Below, in pieces: positions 28,198-36,985 of a DNA stretch of 52,638 nucleotides. The stretch spans positions 1-52,638 of the IMG/VR virus record IMGVR_UViG_3300033155_001652. One strand, 5' to 3'. A model generated the notes under the pieces. The model had not been told where the DNA came from. It did not search any database and saw only the letters and a list, made by a program, of their open reading frames with translations. Source of the stretch: a virus. Lineage: Duplodnaviria > Caudoviricetes. A program made the position numbers and the translations under genes. The first letter of the stretch is position 1. Every line of letters begins with the position of its first letter.

Positions 28198-29511
28198 TTA
28201 AACATCAATCTCTTCCCCGGTCCCTGATAATGATTCAACATCTTCAAAAGATTCAAGCTCGGAAAAGTCAGCATTAGCCATATTAAATTTGATTCTGAAT
28301 CCAAAAGGTATCTTGAATTCATTAGCTTTCAGACAAATAATCGTCCTTAAGTCAGACGGCCCATCATCATCAGCTCCCCCAAAAACACCAAGAACCACCG
28401 AAGACGTATCGAAAATAGCAGACGCATACTTTGCCGCCTCACGAGAAGACGACCTAGACGTTGACTTTGCTTCCTTCTTAAACTGACTGGTGATAATAAC
28501 AGGCACATCGCAGCCGACAGCTACTTTACGGAGACCCTCAATAGCCTCCGTCACCCGCTCCCATCTTGCCTTCCGATGCTCATGGGAATTAAGCAAGTAA
28601 ACTCCATCAATTACTACCAATCTTGGTTGCAGTTCCTTGCACCGCAACATGATATCCTTGACAGATCGAACCTCGTCACCAAAGAAAATAATTTCAGGCC
28701 GCATAGAATCTCGGTCTGCATACTTTTCGCAGAATTCTTTTAACTTTTTTTCCTCAATTTCTGTCAGATATCCACTGGTCAACCGTTCGTAATCCAAACC
28801 CAATGAAATAGCGGCTATTCGATCAAGTAAAGTCTCGCGAACTGTTTCCAATGAGAAAAATAACACACACTCACCCAAGCCCAAACTATTGTCCCAGGAA
28901 TGAACAGCTTGAACCAATGACAAGTGAGTCTTTCCCACTCCCGTCTTAGCGAGTATCGTTGTAATTTGTCCTTTTTGGAATCCTTTACTACGCTTATCCC
29001 ACGAAGGCCAAGGCGAAGACAAACCCACTATTTCACCGGATCTACGGCGATCTTTTACCAAGTCATAACGACTTTTAATTAGAGCCATCGTATCAGGATT
29101 ATTGGTGCGTACCTCCTCGGCACGTCTATCCCTAGCTGTATCCAAGAATAACTCCTGAAGAAGCTCACGACTCTTATCAGGGTCTTTCTCGGCTTTAGAC
29201 GCGATGCCCTCCAAGCCTGAATAAATACTTTCCCGAAGGTGCGTCTTACGTATCGACTCGGCGTATATCTCAGTGTCACACTCCAAATCCCAATCAGGAA
29301 CCTCAACATCAATAGCAGTAATTATCTCGTGTCTGTTAGGCATACGGGATTTGCCCAAAAAGCCCATGAGATAGCTAAAAGTCTTATAGGTATCAGATCC
29401 ATACTCACCAAGATACTTGGCTTCGATACCTGCGCGAGTAACCTTTGATAACTCGCAGGGACCGCCTTGCATCATTCCGTGAATAAGCATCCATTCAACT
29501 GAAAGACTCAT
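28198..29511 (-). CDS. dnaB: DnaB-like replicative helicase
   Basis: ILAKTGVGKT, FFSLE, LVVIDGVYLL, IITSQ. Confidence 0.85.
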   Translation of the reverse strand: MSLSVEWMLIHGMMQGGPCELSKVTRAGIEAKYLGEYGSDTYKTFSYLMGFLGKSRMPNRHEIITAIDVEVPDWDLECDTEIYAESIRKTHLRESIYSGLEGIASKAEKDPDKSRELLQELFLDTARDRRAEEVRTNNPDTMALIKSRYDLVKDRRRSGEIVGLSSPWPSWDKRSKGFQKGQITTILAKTGVGKTHLSLVQAVHSWDNSLGLGECVLFFSLETVRETLLDRIAAISLGLDYERLTSGYLTEIEEKKLKEFCEKYADRDSMRPEIIFFGDEVRSVKDIMLRCKELQPRLVVIDGVYLLNSHEHRKARWERVTEAIEGLRKVAVGCDVPVIITSQFKKEAKSTSRSSSREAAKYASAIFDTSSVVLGVFGGADDDGPSDLRTIICLKANEFKIPFGFRIKFNMANADFSELESFEDVESLSGTGEEIDV

Positions 29512-30161
29512 TCGGCACCGCCTCTCCAGTCAACCTCTGCAACCTGTATAGACCGATAAGCGTGTCTTAATATTGTCGATAGATCATCATAATGACTCAC
29601 TGTCTCGTCGGGACGATTGTTGGTGTTTATGATAGTCATAAGTTGACTATCATAACGATGCCTAATCAAATCTTCTGTCGCTTGCTTAATCTTAGCTGAC
29701 TCATGACTTGTACTATTCTCTCGTTCAACGCCCATCTCGTCTAAGACAACAAGTTGATAGCGCCGAAGGTCGGCCCAACGATCCTTTTGACTTTCTTCAA
29801 AATCAAAAGCAATACGACCAAGATCACGGGCTGACACAAACCGACACCGGCAACCTCTCTTTATAGCCTCGTAAAGAACAGATACAGACGCGCCCGTCTT
29901 ACCAGTTCCATACGAACCGAACATAAGAAGACCGTCACCGCGCTTATCCCGCTCAACAAGAGTCTCAACAAAAATCATCAGTCCGGCTCGATAGTCAACA
30001 TTATCTGGCACCTTATCTAAACGACACTGTTGGTATCGTTTAGGAACACCAATGACCCGCATGATCCTCTGAATCTCTTTATCCTTAACAAACTTGTCAG
30101 GATTAGTTTCTACAGGCTGTCTGTAGATCCTACCCCCACCTTTATCTATGTCCCAAGGCAT
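29508..30161 (-). CDS. DnaC/IstB-like helicase loader ATPase
   Basis: GVPKRY, LLMFGSYGTGKT, LVVLDEMG, LIRHRY, IINTN. Confidence 0.85.
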   Translation of the reverse strand: MPWDIDKGGGRIYRQPVETNPDKFVKDKEIQRIMRVIGVPKRYQQCRLDKVPDNVDYRAGLMIFVETLVERDKRGDGLLMFGSYGTGKTGASVSVLYEAIKRGCRCRFVSARDLGRIAFDFEESQKDRWADLRRYQLVVLDEMGVERENSTSHESAKIKQATEDLIRHRYDSQLMTIINTNNRPDETVSHYDDLSTILRHAYRSIQVAEVDWRGGAE

Positions 30162-30170
30162 AACCTCTCC

Positions 30171-31595
30171 TTACTCCTTGAAATCCGGCTTTATCAATTT
30201 ATCCAAATCGTACTTCTCACGGCAAATCTCATCGAAAGTCTTATAAGTCTTGGGTTTTACATTCTTAACAACATGCGAAGAAACCCTTGATGACCCATCC
30301 GTAAAACCAGTATCAATCCGCGAAGCCAATACATCCGCCAGACGATACATATGCGAAAGCACCGGATGACCTTCCTTCGGCTTTGGAAAAACCTTGTCCT
30401 TGATCGTCGAATAGTCAGCAACCAAAACCTGAGCCATCTTTCTCACAACCTCCGGCTTGTAAACCGAAACGGTCTGCGCCAGATTCTTAAAATCCTTACC
30501 AGTAGGCTGGAGCGGTATAGCCGCATTCGGATATGTCTTTAGTAACTCTTCGTTAAACATCTCGAAAGCTTCAATAGGAGTCGTCCCTCCCTTTGGTGTT
30601 ATCCTCTCCTTGCCTACCTTCTTATACCGACGAGAAGATTTCTCTGGCGATGATTTCTTTGAAACCTTCGGCTTTTTCTCGACATCGAACATAATCCGCT
30701 GATTACCATCTTCATCCTGGTCCTTGATAAAGGATTTCCGAAAAGGTAAATCTCTAGCCACCAAATCCGGTCGCAGGCATTCTTCTGTCTTTTCGGATTC
30801 TTCAAAAGGAAAATTTTTGTTTTCATCTCCGGCGAATGAGCGAAGCGAATTCGGCAAAAAAGAATTACGAAGTAATTCTTTTTCTCTTCTCTTTTCCTCT
30901 CTTATTAAATGTGCGGGCGCGTAGCAAGCATCGTTCCCGACTTCTGACACAGGTAATTCCTTGTCTGTAGAGGAGTCATTTGTTTCGTAGTCACTAAGAG
31001 GGACCGCCAGGTTTCTGGCGGGGGGTGCGCCAGGTTTCTGGCGGTTACTCTTTTGGGGGACCGCCAGGTTTCTGGCGGGGGGTGCGCCAGGTTTCTGGCG
31101 GGCATCTGTTTCTTTTTCACCGGAGGAATCTGATTTTTCCGGCAATTTTGATGGGACTTTTGCGATGATTTCGCCGGTATTTTTATCAGACCAGATGGCG
31201 ATGTTTACCTGATCACCATAGACAGCTTCAAGGTCATTAAGAAAGATGACAAGCTTATTGGGATTTTCGGTATCCTTTGCCCGAACCAATAGCTCCTTCT
31301 CTTCAAGCTCAACTAAAGTTTCTCTTACGGTACTTATCCCTCTTTTAAGGAATCGAGCCATTTCTTTTATGGTGGTGACGACACGGTTGGCTTTTTGGCT
31401 TCGAGCGAGGCAAACGACAAAGCCATAAACCCTTAACTGTCGGTCTGATATATTCGGGTCACACAACACACAATCGTGGATTTTTGTAAAATAACTGCGC
31501 CCGTTTTTAAGTTTTTTTGTGGGCGGATTTCGATAGAGAAGAATAAGATCGTTTGAAATAGCGGGTTTGAGAGAGTCGTGTCTTTGATATACCAT
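30171..31595 (-). CDS. Replication initiator protein (N-terminal wHTH)
   Basis: FTKIHD..ISDRQLRVY..TIKEMARFLKRGISTVRETLVELEEKELL; internal DNA iterons; directly upstream of loader and helicase. Confidence 0.75.
   Translation of the reverse strand: MVYQRHDSLKPAISNDLILLYRNPPTKKLKNGRSYFTKIHDCVLCDPNISDRQLRVYGFVVCLARSQKANRVVTTIKEMARFLKRGISTVRETLVELEEKELLVRAKDTENPNKLVIFLNDLEAVYGDQVNIAIWSDKNTGEIIAKVPSKLPEKSDSSGEKETDARQKPGAPPARNLAVPQKSNRQKPGAPPARNLAVPLSDYETNDSSTDKELPVSEVGNDACYAPAHLIREEKRREKELLRNSFLPNSLRSFAGDENKNFPFEESEKTEECLRPDLVARDLPFRKSFIKDQDEDGNQRIMFDVEKKPKVSKKSSPEKSSRRYKKVGKERITPKGGTTPIEAFEMFNEELLKTYPNAAIPLQPTGKDFKNLAQTVSVYKPEVVRKMAQVLVADYSTIKDKVFPKPKEGHPVLSHMYRLADVLASRIDTGFTDGSSRVSSHVVKNVKPKTYKTFDEICREKYDLDKLIKPDFKE
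31005..31100. repeat. Four 16-bp palindromic iterons (putative origin inside the initiator gene)
   Basis: cgccag-gttt-ctggcg at 31005, 31028, 31062, 31085 (spacings 23/34/23 bp). Confidence 0.8.
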
Positions 31596-31623
31596 GAAAC
31601 GAAAACTCCTGGCCTTGATAATG

Positions 31624-31653
31624 TTGACCTAGAGCTATATTTTCCGTTATGAT
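31624..31653 (+). promoter_or_regulatory. Sigma70-like promoter pointing into the 44-bp repeats
   Basis: TTGACC-N18-TATGAT. Confidence 0.4.
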
Positions 31654-31671
31654 CATAACCATGTAGCTCCA

Positions 31672-31804
31672 GTCTTATTATTAAGGCTTCCTAAAAGTTG
31701 GAAATAAACGCTTTTGTCTTATTATTAAGGCTTGCTAAAGTTGTGGAAATAAACGCTTTTGTCTTATTATTAAGGCTTCCTAAAAGTTGGAAATAAACGC
31801 TTTT
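31672..31804. repeat. Tandem repeat, 3 x 44-45 bp
   Basis: gtcttattattaaggcttcctaaaagttggaaataaacgctttt at 31672, 31716 (variant) and 31761. Confidence 0.9.
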
Positions 31805-31863
31805 GTTAAGTATCCGCTGTGAGCTAAAGTTGTAAAGTATCTGCGGTGATACCTTTGATTCAT

Positions 31864-31893
31864 AAACAACCCCGGTCATTTCCGGGGTTGTTT
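31864..31893. terminator. Bidirectional intrinsic terminator-like hairpin
   Basis: aaacaaccccgg-tcattt-ccggggttgttt, perfect 12-bp stem. Confidence 0.7.
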
Positions 31894-32030
31894 GCTGTAC
31901 GTCTTTGTAATTGGTGTTCTCAGCATCCGATCCCCGGTCTTCTATTCTAACCATCAATTTAACCAGATTACTAGAACATAACCATCTTAAAAGATGATCT
32001 GTTATAGACATTAGGATTGAAGGGGAAAAT

Positions 32031-32507
32031 TCATTTGTCATGGAACAGTGCGGCATCGCCGCCATAGAATTCTTGGGAGATCATATGACACACCCCTAAT
32101 TTCAAATTAGCTAGAATAACGTTCTTTGTTACTAACGTCTCAGGGTTGTTCATAAGAGAGTCTTCGTGATCTTTGATGATCCCTCCCGCCTTGCAATACC
32201 ACCCTCGAAGCTGATTAACGGTAGGCACCTCATCTGGGTGTCCTTGGCCGCGCTTACTGAGCCATCTATTCTGCTCTAAGATCAAAGCAGCCATGTTTTC
32301 GACGTCTCCTATAGTAGCTTTCCTCGTATTATGAAGTAGGACTTTGCTCATATAGGATCTAGCTAAGACAAAGCTAATATCTACCACAGTCACGGTCTCA
32401 GGGAACCAGTAGGGGTCTCCCCTTACTTCAGGGTTTGCCCGCGTTTCCTTCAAGATCTTCTTTTCTATCGCGTCAACAAGTTCAATACTGTCTATGTTAA
32501 GCACCAT
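32031..32507 (-). CDS. Hypothetical protein
   Basis: AAGGAGG RBS, 158 aa. Confidence 0.7.
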   Translation of the reverse strand: MVLNIDSIELVDAIEKKILKETRANPEVRGDPYWFPETVTVVDISFVLARSYMSKVLLHNTRKATIGDVENMAALILEQNRWLSKRGQGHPDEVPTVNQLRGWYCKAGGIIKDHEDSLMNNPETLVTKNVILANLKLGVCHMISQEFYGGDAALFHDK

Positions 32508-32522
32508 TGGCCTCCTTTTTTA

Positions 32523-32531
32523 GTTATACCG
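32523..32531 (-). promoter_or_regulatory. Promoter motif C (CGGTATAAC)
   Basis: gttataccg immediately upstream of the 32507 RBS. Confidence 0.55.
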
Positions 32532-32552
32532 ATAAAGAGGCTTGTTTGAATA

Positions 32553-32918
32553 TTAAAAAACACGCCCTTCTTCTTTTTTTACCGGAATTCTGGGTATTTT
32601 ACATTTCTTATAACAAGTCTCTTTAACATCCCAACAACAACACTCTGTTTCTTCTTTTTTACAACATTTACCCCACGCGATACAAACGCTACAGGCTTTA
32701 TCCCCTTTAGCGATTTGTTCAAGGGTAGGCTTCCAACAAGGTTGATAGGCTATAAAATCATTCTTGGCGCACTTATCGCAAATACGCCCCTCACCATGAA
32801 GATTCCTTAGTCTTTTTAAGCGTTTAGTTGAAGCTTCAGCACGGTTATCGTTATATCCAATACCAAAGCCGACGACAATCAAAGCAAGAGCAGCAAAACC
32901 GAAGATATACTTTTTCAT
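32553..32918 (-). CDS. Cys-rich exported or membrane-anchored protein
   Basis: N-terminal MKKYIFGFAALALIVVGFGIG signal/TM segment; 12 Cys; AAGGAG RBS. Confidence 0.65.
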   Translation of the reverse strand: MKKYIFGFAALALIVVGFGIGYNDNRAEASTKRLKRLRNLHGEGRICDKCAKNDFIAYQPCWKPTLEQIAKGDKACSVCIAWGKCCKKEETECCCWDVKETCYKKCKIPRIPVKKEEGRVF

Positions 32919-32968
32919 AAGATTCTCCTTCTACTCTCACAATGACCACTTTATGACGATTGTTCAAG

Positions 32969-33358
32969 TTACACTTTTTCGGCGGCGAATATTTCACCCA
33001 TCAGTTTGCGGGTACCTTTGTTTATCTCGGCAATGACGACGCACTCGTCCCCCGAAAACAAAGCCACATCAGGATGAAACTCCTCAACAAAGAAGTTGAT
33101 AGTCAAGAGCCAATGGTTATACGTTGACTCCTGTAACTCTTTGTTCGTGCGCAAGATATCTAGCCATTCCAACATCTCCTCCATCTTTGGAATCTCGTGA
33201 GGATGAGTTTTCATCCTTCTCTTTACTGCCACCAATCGGCGGCTCCAGTTGTCAAGTTGCTTATGAATAATGCACTTCGGCGCATTAATCCTTTTGAACA
33301 CGGCGAGAAAATTCTTCCCGCTCAAATATGATCGGACCAATTCGAGTAAGTCTTTCAT
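32969..33358 (-). CDS. Hypothetical protein
   Basis: AAGGAG RBS, 129 aa. Confidence 0.65.
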   Translation of the reverse strand: MKDLLELVRSYLSGKNFLAVFKRINAPKCIIHKQLDNWSRRLVAVKRRMKTHPHEIPKMEEMLEWLDILRTNKELQESTYNHWLLTINFFVEEFHPDVALFSGDECVVIAEINKGTRKLMGEIFAAEKV

Positions 33359-33445
33359 TCTATTCTCCTTGTTTACATAACGACCTATGGTGATAGGTCT
33401 GGGGACAAAAAAATCCCACGCCGTAACATGGGATTTTCATTATCT

Positions 33446-33580
33446 CTACTCAATAAAATCTTCGTCTTTGCATCGAGCATCGACGATGCCCTTGAATTTG
33501 AAGGCATTAGGAGACGCCGACTCAAACATAAATTGTTGGGCCAATCTATTAAGTATTTTCTCTTTCTCCTGATCATTCAT
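33446..33580 (-). CDS. Small hypothetical protein (MNDQEKEK...)
   Basis: ATGA overlap with the stop of 33577..33807. Confidence 0.4.
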   Translation of the reverse strand: MNDQEKEKILNRLAQQFMFESASPNAFKFKGIVDARCKDEDFIE

Positions 33581-33807
33581 TCTTTTACCCATGCTTTCTT
33601 TAGATGGCTTGCTTTCTTTGCCTGCCTTGCTCTCTTTATCGGTCTTAATTGGTTCTCGCTGTTGTATTTTGCAAGAGCAGATTTCTCGGACCAATGGCCT
33701 GTCGTCTCCACTCTTGTCACAGCTAACCACCCGTGTTGATAACCTGCCGGAGCAACATAAACCCCCGGTACCCAATCAAAACTGGCGCATAAATTTGGAT
33801 AAGTCAT
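33577..33807 (-). CDS. Hypothetical early protein
   Basis: AAGGA RBS following a motif A hairpin. Confidence 0.6.
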   Translation of the reverse strand: MTYPNLCASFDWVPGVYVAPAGYQHGWLAVTRVETTGHWSEKSALAKYNSENQLRPIKRARQAKKASHLKKAWVKE

Positions 33808-33864
33808 TTTTATTTCCTTTCGTTAGAGTTAGTACATGCCAAAAAGCCCCGTTAGGGGCCATAG

Positions 33865-34314
33865 TCATGGCGTACCGCCGTTTCTTGCTAATCGGCTCAT
33901 TTCCACGCAGCGATCCATCGTATTACTGTCGAGTCCTCTTAGCGGCTCCTCGCTGTCCCAAGGGATCGGCAGAGTCGCAAACTCGTTCGCCCATAGGATA
34001 GCAATTGCCTTCCGGCTTAGGCCAGACACCGCCGACAATCCGCTGTGCCGGTGTGTCACGTTCCAAGGCCCACGATTCTCTCCCCAAGCGCGATGCACTG
34101 CAAAGTGGTCGCCCACTGGAATCGCCTCGACAATCTTTTCGTCGTCACTCGCCAACTTAAGCATGAAGCTCTTGCCGGAAGCGATGCGCTTCGCTTTACC
34201 CTCCGCGACCTTATCACGAAAGAACTTTTTCACGTATTCGACATCCCCATCATCTAATTTAGATAGGAGCTTTCCCATCGTAATATCAGTAATTGACACT
34301 GATTTGGTTGACAT
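33865..34314 (-). CDS. Hypothetical early protein
   Basis: Start MSTKSV after motif A RBS. Confidence 0.7.
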   Translation of the reverse strand: MSTKSVSITDITMGKLLSKLDDGDVEYVKKFFRDKVAEGKAKRIASGKSFMLKLASDDEKIVEAIPVGDHFAVHRAWGENRGPWNVTHRHSGLSAVSGLSRKAIAILWANEFATLPIPWDSEEPLRGLDSNTMDRCVEMSRLARNGGTP

Positions 34315-34374
34315 AATAATCTCCTTTGTTAATTGAATTACCATCGGCTAAAAGCCCCGGTCAAAGGGCTTCGT

Positions 34375-34659
34375 TCATTGCGCGTCGTCGTAGGCTAGTA
34401 GCTTCTCGCCAGGGTGGTCCTCCTTGCGAAAGCCCCGCACCGTGATCGGCTTTATGTGCCACGTATCCACGCCCCCTTCGGCTTGAATTCGCTTGCCGAA
34501 GCCGACCACGACTTCCGCACCGCAGCCGGGGCAGCGGTAGCGGTCGCCGCTGCTGTAGGCTGTCGGGTCGCAGCCCCCGTGGAACACGGGAAAGCCGTTA
34601 CGAGTGCAACGCATCTGAAGCCGACACTTAACACAAACTGGTCTATGCAACATTTCCAT
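34375..34659 (-). CDS. Zn-ribbon early protein (visibly GC-richer than neighbours)
   Basis: CVKC..CPGC; motif A RBS. Confidence 0.65.
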   Translation of the reverse strand: MEMLHRPVCVKCRLQMRCTRNGFPVFHGGCDPTAYSSGDRYRCPGCGAEVVVGFGKRIQAEGGVDTWHIKPITVRGFRKEDHPGEKLLAYDDAQ

Positions 34660-34708
34660 TCTCCTTTTTAAGTTTGAATTGCCATCGGCTTAAAGCCCCC
34701 GAAGGGGC

Positions 34709-34888
34709 TTAACCTCTCACAGTCTTCAAAATGTATTGAAGCCTTTTTTCAGTCTCCTCCATAACCGAAACCAATGCCAGATTAGTTTCAGGGTTTTGGT
34801 ATTTATCAAGCCATTCTCTTGTCTTGATACTGGCAAGCTTAATACATTGAAAAGCTTCTTCAGCTTCCGTTACCGCCTCAGATTTCAT
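34709..34888 (-). CDS. Small hypothetical early protein
   Basis: Start MKSEAV after AAGGAGG. Confidence 0.6.
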   Translation of the reverse strand: MKSEAVTEAEEAFQCIKLASIKTREWLDKYQNPETNLALVSVMEETEKRLQYILKTVRG

Positions 34889-34920
34889 AATTCCTCCTTG
34901 AAAAGCCCCCAAAGGGGCTT

Positions 34921-35262
34921 TCAGTCTATCTCTAGCTCAACACGCAGAATGCCAATACTAGCTCTGGTCCGATCAATTAATGCCATCATATCCTGAGCAT
35001 ATTTATTGCAGATTGTCGCGTATTCATAATCGACGGCGCAGTCGCCACTTTCAATCAATTCGCTCATTGCAATCAATATGTTATCGAACGTTTCAAGCTC
35101 GGCAACTTCTTGGCCTTTAGGGGTTGCCTCGTTACATAAAGTGCATCTGTTTGCGACCAAATTATTCATATCAAAAAACGCGGGTTGGTCCCCCGAAAGC
35201 TTAAAACTATCTTTCGGGAATAACGCGGGAAAAAGCTGGTTCTCACAAAGTATACATTTCAT
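34921..35262 (-). CDS. Zn-finger early protein
   Basis: MKCILC..CTLC; AAGGAG RBS downstream of motif B. Confidence 0.65.
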   Translation of the reverse strand: MKCILCENQLFPALFPKDSFKLSGDQPAFFDMNNLVANRCTLCNEATPKGQEVAELETFDNILIAMSELIESGDCAVDYEYATICNKYAQDMMALIDRTRASIGILRVELEID

Positions 35263-35288
35263 AATGATCTCCTTTTGGGTTGTATCCT

Positions 35289-35330
35289 TATAAAGTAAAA
35301 GCGATGATGGACCGAGAAAAACTTCTAAGA
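35289..35330 (-). promoter_or_regulatory. Promoter-like motif B (T-tract, GTCCATCATCG, TTTATA)
   Basis: cgatgatggac at 35302-35312; four copies in the window. Confidence 0.65.
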
Positions 35331-35370
35331 CCATTGATACCCCTACCTTGTGTTACCGCAAAAAGCCCCC

Positions 35371-35733
35371 TTAATGGGGGGCAATAGCGAACACGCCGCG
35401 CTCATTACATAAACAATACCGAGCATTCTGCGTTAATGCACGGCTCTTTTTTATAAAGAAATGAGAACCCCTGTAAGGGTTGTAAGAAATAGCTTCCAAA
35501 CAACCCTTACCAATGTTCGCAACAGTGCCGACAACGAACGCATGAACGTTCTTTCTGCGCTGTCTCAGAACCCGCTGACGCCCTTTCTCTGATACTTTGA
35601 AGGCGCAGTTCTTGAGACTAATCAAAGACGTATGGTCAACAACTAACCAACGCCCATCGACCTTCTTTTGAACTGAGTAAACGACTAGGCCAGGGCTGGA
35701 TCGAGTAAGATTTACATACACTCTTACCAACAT
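35371..35733 (-). CDS. Conserved phage hypothetical protein (VRVYxNL..RKNVHAFV..YNPY family)
   Basis: Motif pattern recalled from many phage proteins; function unknown to me. Confidence 0.7.
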   Translation of the reverse strand: MLVRVYVNLTRSSPGLVVYSVQKKVDGRWLVVDHTSLISLKNCAFKVSEKGRQRVLRQRRKNVHAFVVGTVANIGKGCLEAISYNPYRGSHFFIKKSRALTQNARYCLCNERGVFAIAPH

Positions 35734-35735
35734 AA

Positions 35736-35978
35736 TCAGTCCTTCTTAGTCATCATGAATTTGAGCAATTCACGCGCCTTTTGTTTAGCTCCATCCATTG
35801 AATTAGCTTTGCAGTCTCGTGTTACAGTGACCTGGACACCCCATTTACCAGTGGAATACTGGAAAACTCGAATATCAGTCCTTTCGTTAGAAGCAAACCT
35901 ATAACCTTTCACAGTCGGTATGGTACTCATGTCATCGCATTCTTGATCATGCAACGTTCCCCAACAGATATTTTTCAT
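35736..35978 (-). CDS. Hypothetical early protein
   Basis: Motif A RBS. Confidence 0.65.
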   Translation of the reverse strand: MKNICWGTLHDQECDDMSTIPTVKGYRFASNERTDIRVFQYSTGKWGVQVTVTRDCKANSMDGAKQKARELLKFMMTKKD

Positions 35979-36035
35979 AACAATCTCCTTTTAAGTTTGA
36001 ATTACCATCGCAGAAAAGCCCCCGAAGGGGCCAAT

Positions 36036-36398
36036 CTACTTGATCTTACTGAAGTTATCCTCCATCCAATAACCAATTTCACTGTCATTTTCAAAATACC
36101 CGACAATGCGAGGGCATTTCTTGTGTGTGAGAACAGTCCCCCACTTTTTCGGTCCCTTCATCTCAGGTCGATGGTAGGACGACCCTACCTTTTTATTAGG
36201 TACCTGAGCGACTCTTCTCGGTTTTGGATTATGCCAAATCTCGTAAAAATCCGGCGCAACCGCGTAAACCCTGAATCGACCGCTCGCGAGCCAAAGGCAA
36301 TCAGGGGGGGTCTCCTCCAGCTTCGCTTTTGGCTTCGCTTTTGGCTTCGCTTTTGGCTTCGCTTTTGGCTTCGCTTTTGGCTTCGCTTTAGTTGCCAT
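36036..36398 (-). CDS. Early protein with N-terminal (AKPK)n basic tail
   Basis: Start MATKAKPK after GAGGGG; tail encoded by a 12-bp tandem repeat. Confidence 0.65.
   Translation of the reverse strand: MATKAKPKAKPKAKPKAKPKAKPKAKLEETPPDCLWLASGRFRVYAVAPDFYEIWHNPKPRRVAQVPNKKVGSSYHRPEMKGPKKWGTVLTHKKCPRIVGYFENDSEIGYWMEDNFSKIK
36321..36389. repeat. 12-bp tandem repeat, ~5.75 copies
   Basis: cttcgcttttgg x5 plus cttcgcttt. Confidence 0.95.
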
Positions 36399-36939
36399 CT
36401 TTAGCCCCCTCAACCGCGCTCCAGGGCAGATTAACACTGATATTAGGAAGCTCTGGTATTACAAGCTCTCGGCGACTTCTAAAAGTCGAGTCGAGCAATT
36501 GATACCTCTTGCTATACTCAGTAAGTCGCTTCCCGTCTTCAGTCTTATCCCAGGCTTTGCCTTGGTTATGCGAATAAACAACGATGGACTCTAAGATACT
36601 CTTAACACAATCATCGTATGCTTCCATAGCCAAAGATAATTCGTCTTCGGCTACATAACTAGATTTGAGGAAGTGATCAAAATGCTTACTCGCACGTTCG
36701 ACAGCCCCCTCCGCAGATGCAAATTTCTCAAGCTCATCGTATAGGAACAGATTTTCAATAACTGGCAGCTTTTGATCAGACTCGGTCTCCAAATCTTTCA
36801 ATCGCTGACGAGCTTCAAGAACATCTTGTTTAAGTTGAACTAAAGAATTTGCAATCGTTGCCATATAGGAAGAAGAGCCTTCGATTGCTTCTGTAAGAGA
36901 AGCAATTTTTTGCTCTAACTTCTGATGTTCATTTGACAT
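36388..36939 (-). CDS. Coiled-coil hypothetical early protein
   Basis: AAGGAG RBS; heptad-rich N-terminus. Confidence 0.7.
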   Translation of the reverse strand: MSNEHQKLEQKIASLTEAIEGSSSYMATIANSLVQLKQDVLEARQRLKDLETESDQKLPVIENLFLYDELEKFASAEGAVERASKHFDHFLKSSYVAEDELSLAMEAYDDCVKSILESIVVYSHNQGKAWDKTEDGKRLTEYSKRYQLLDSTFRSRRELVIPELPNISVNLPWSAVEGAKDGN

Positions 36940-36985
36940 CAAAATTCTCCTTTCCTCAAAATGAGGATTTTGGTTTTCTCTACCC

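Noticed and set aside
1948-29511. Inteins or introns in terminase, RNR, polymerase or helicase
   Set aside because: Lengths are normal, motifs are contiguous, and no intein ends or homing-endonuclease motifs were seen
31672-31804. CRISPR array
   Set aside because: Units are head-to-tail near-identical with no unique spacers; no cas1/cas2 or effector genes present
31691-32065. 124-aa minus-strand ORF
   Set aside because: Runs through a terminator hairpin and the 44-bp repeats and overlaps the upstream gene; likely spurious
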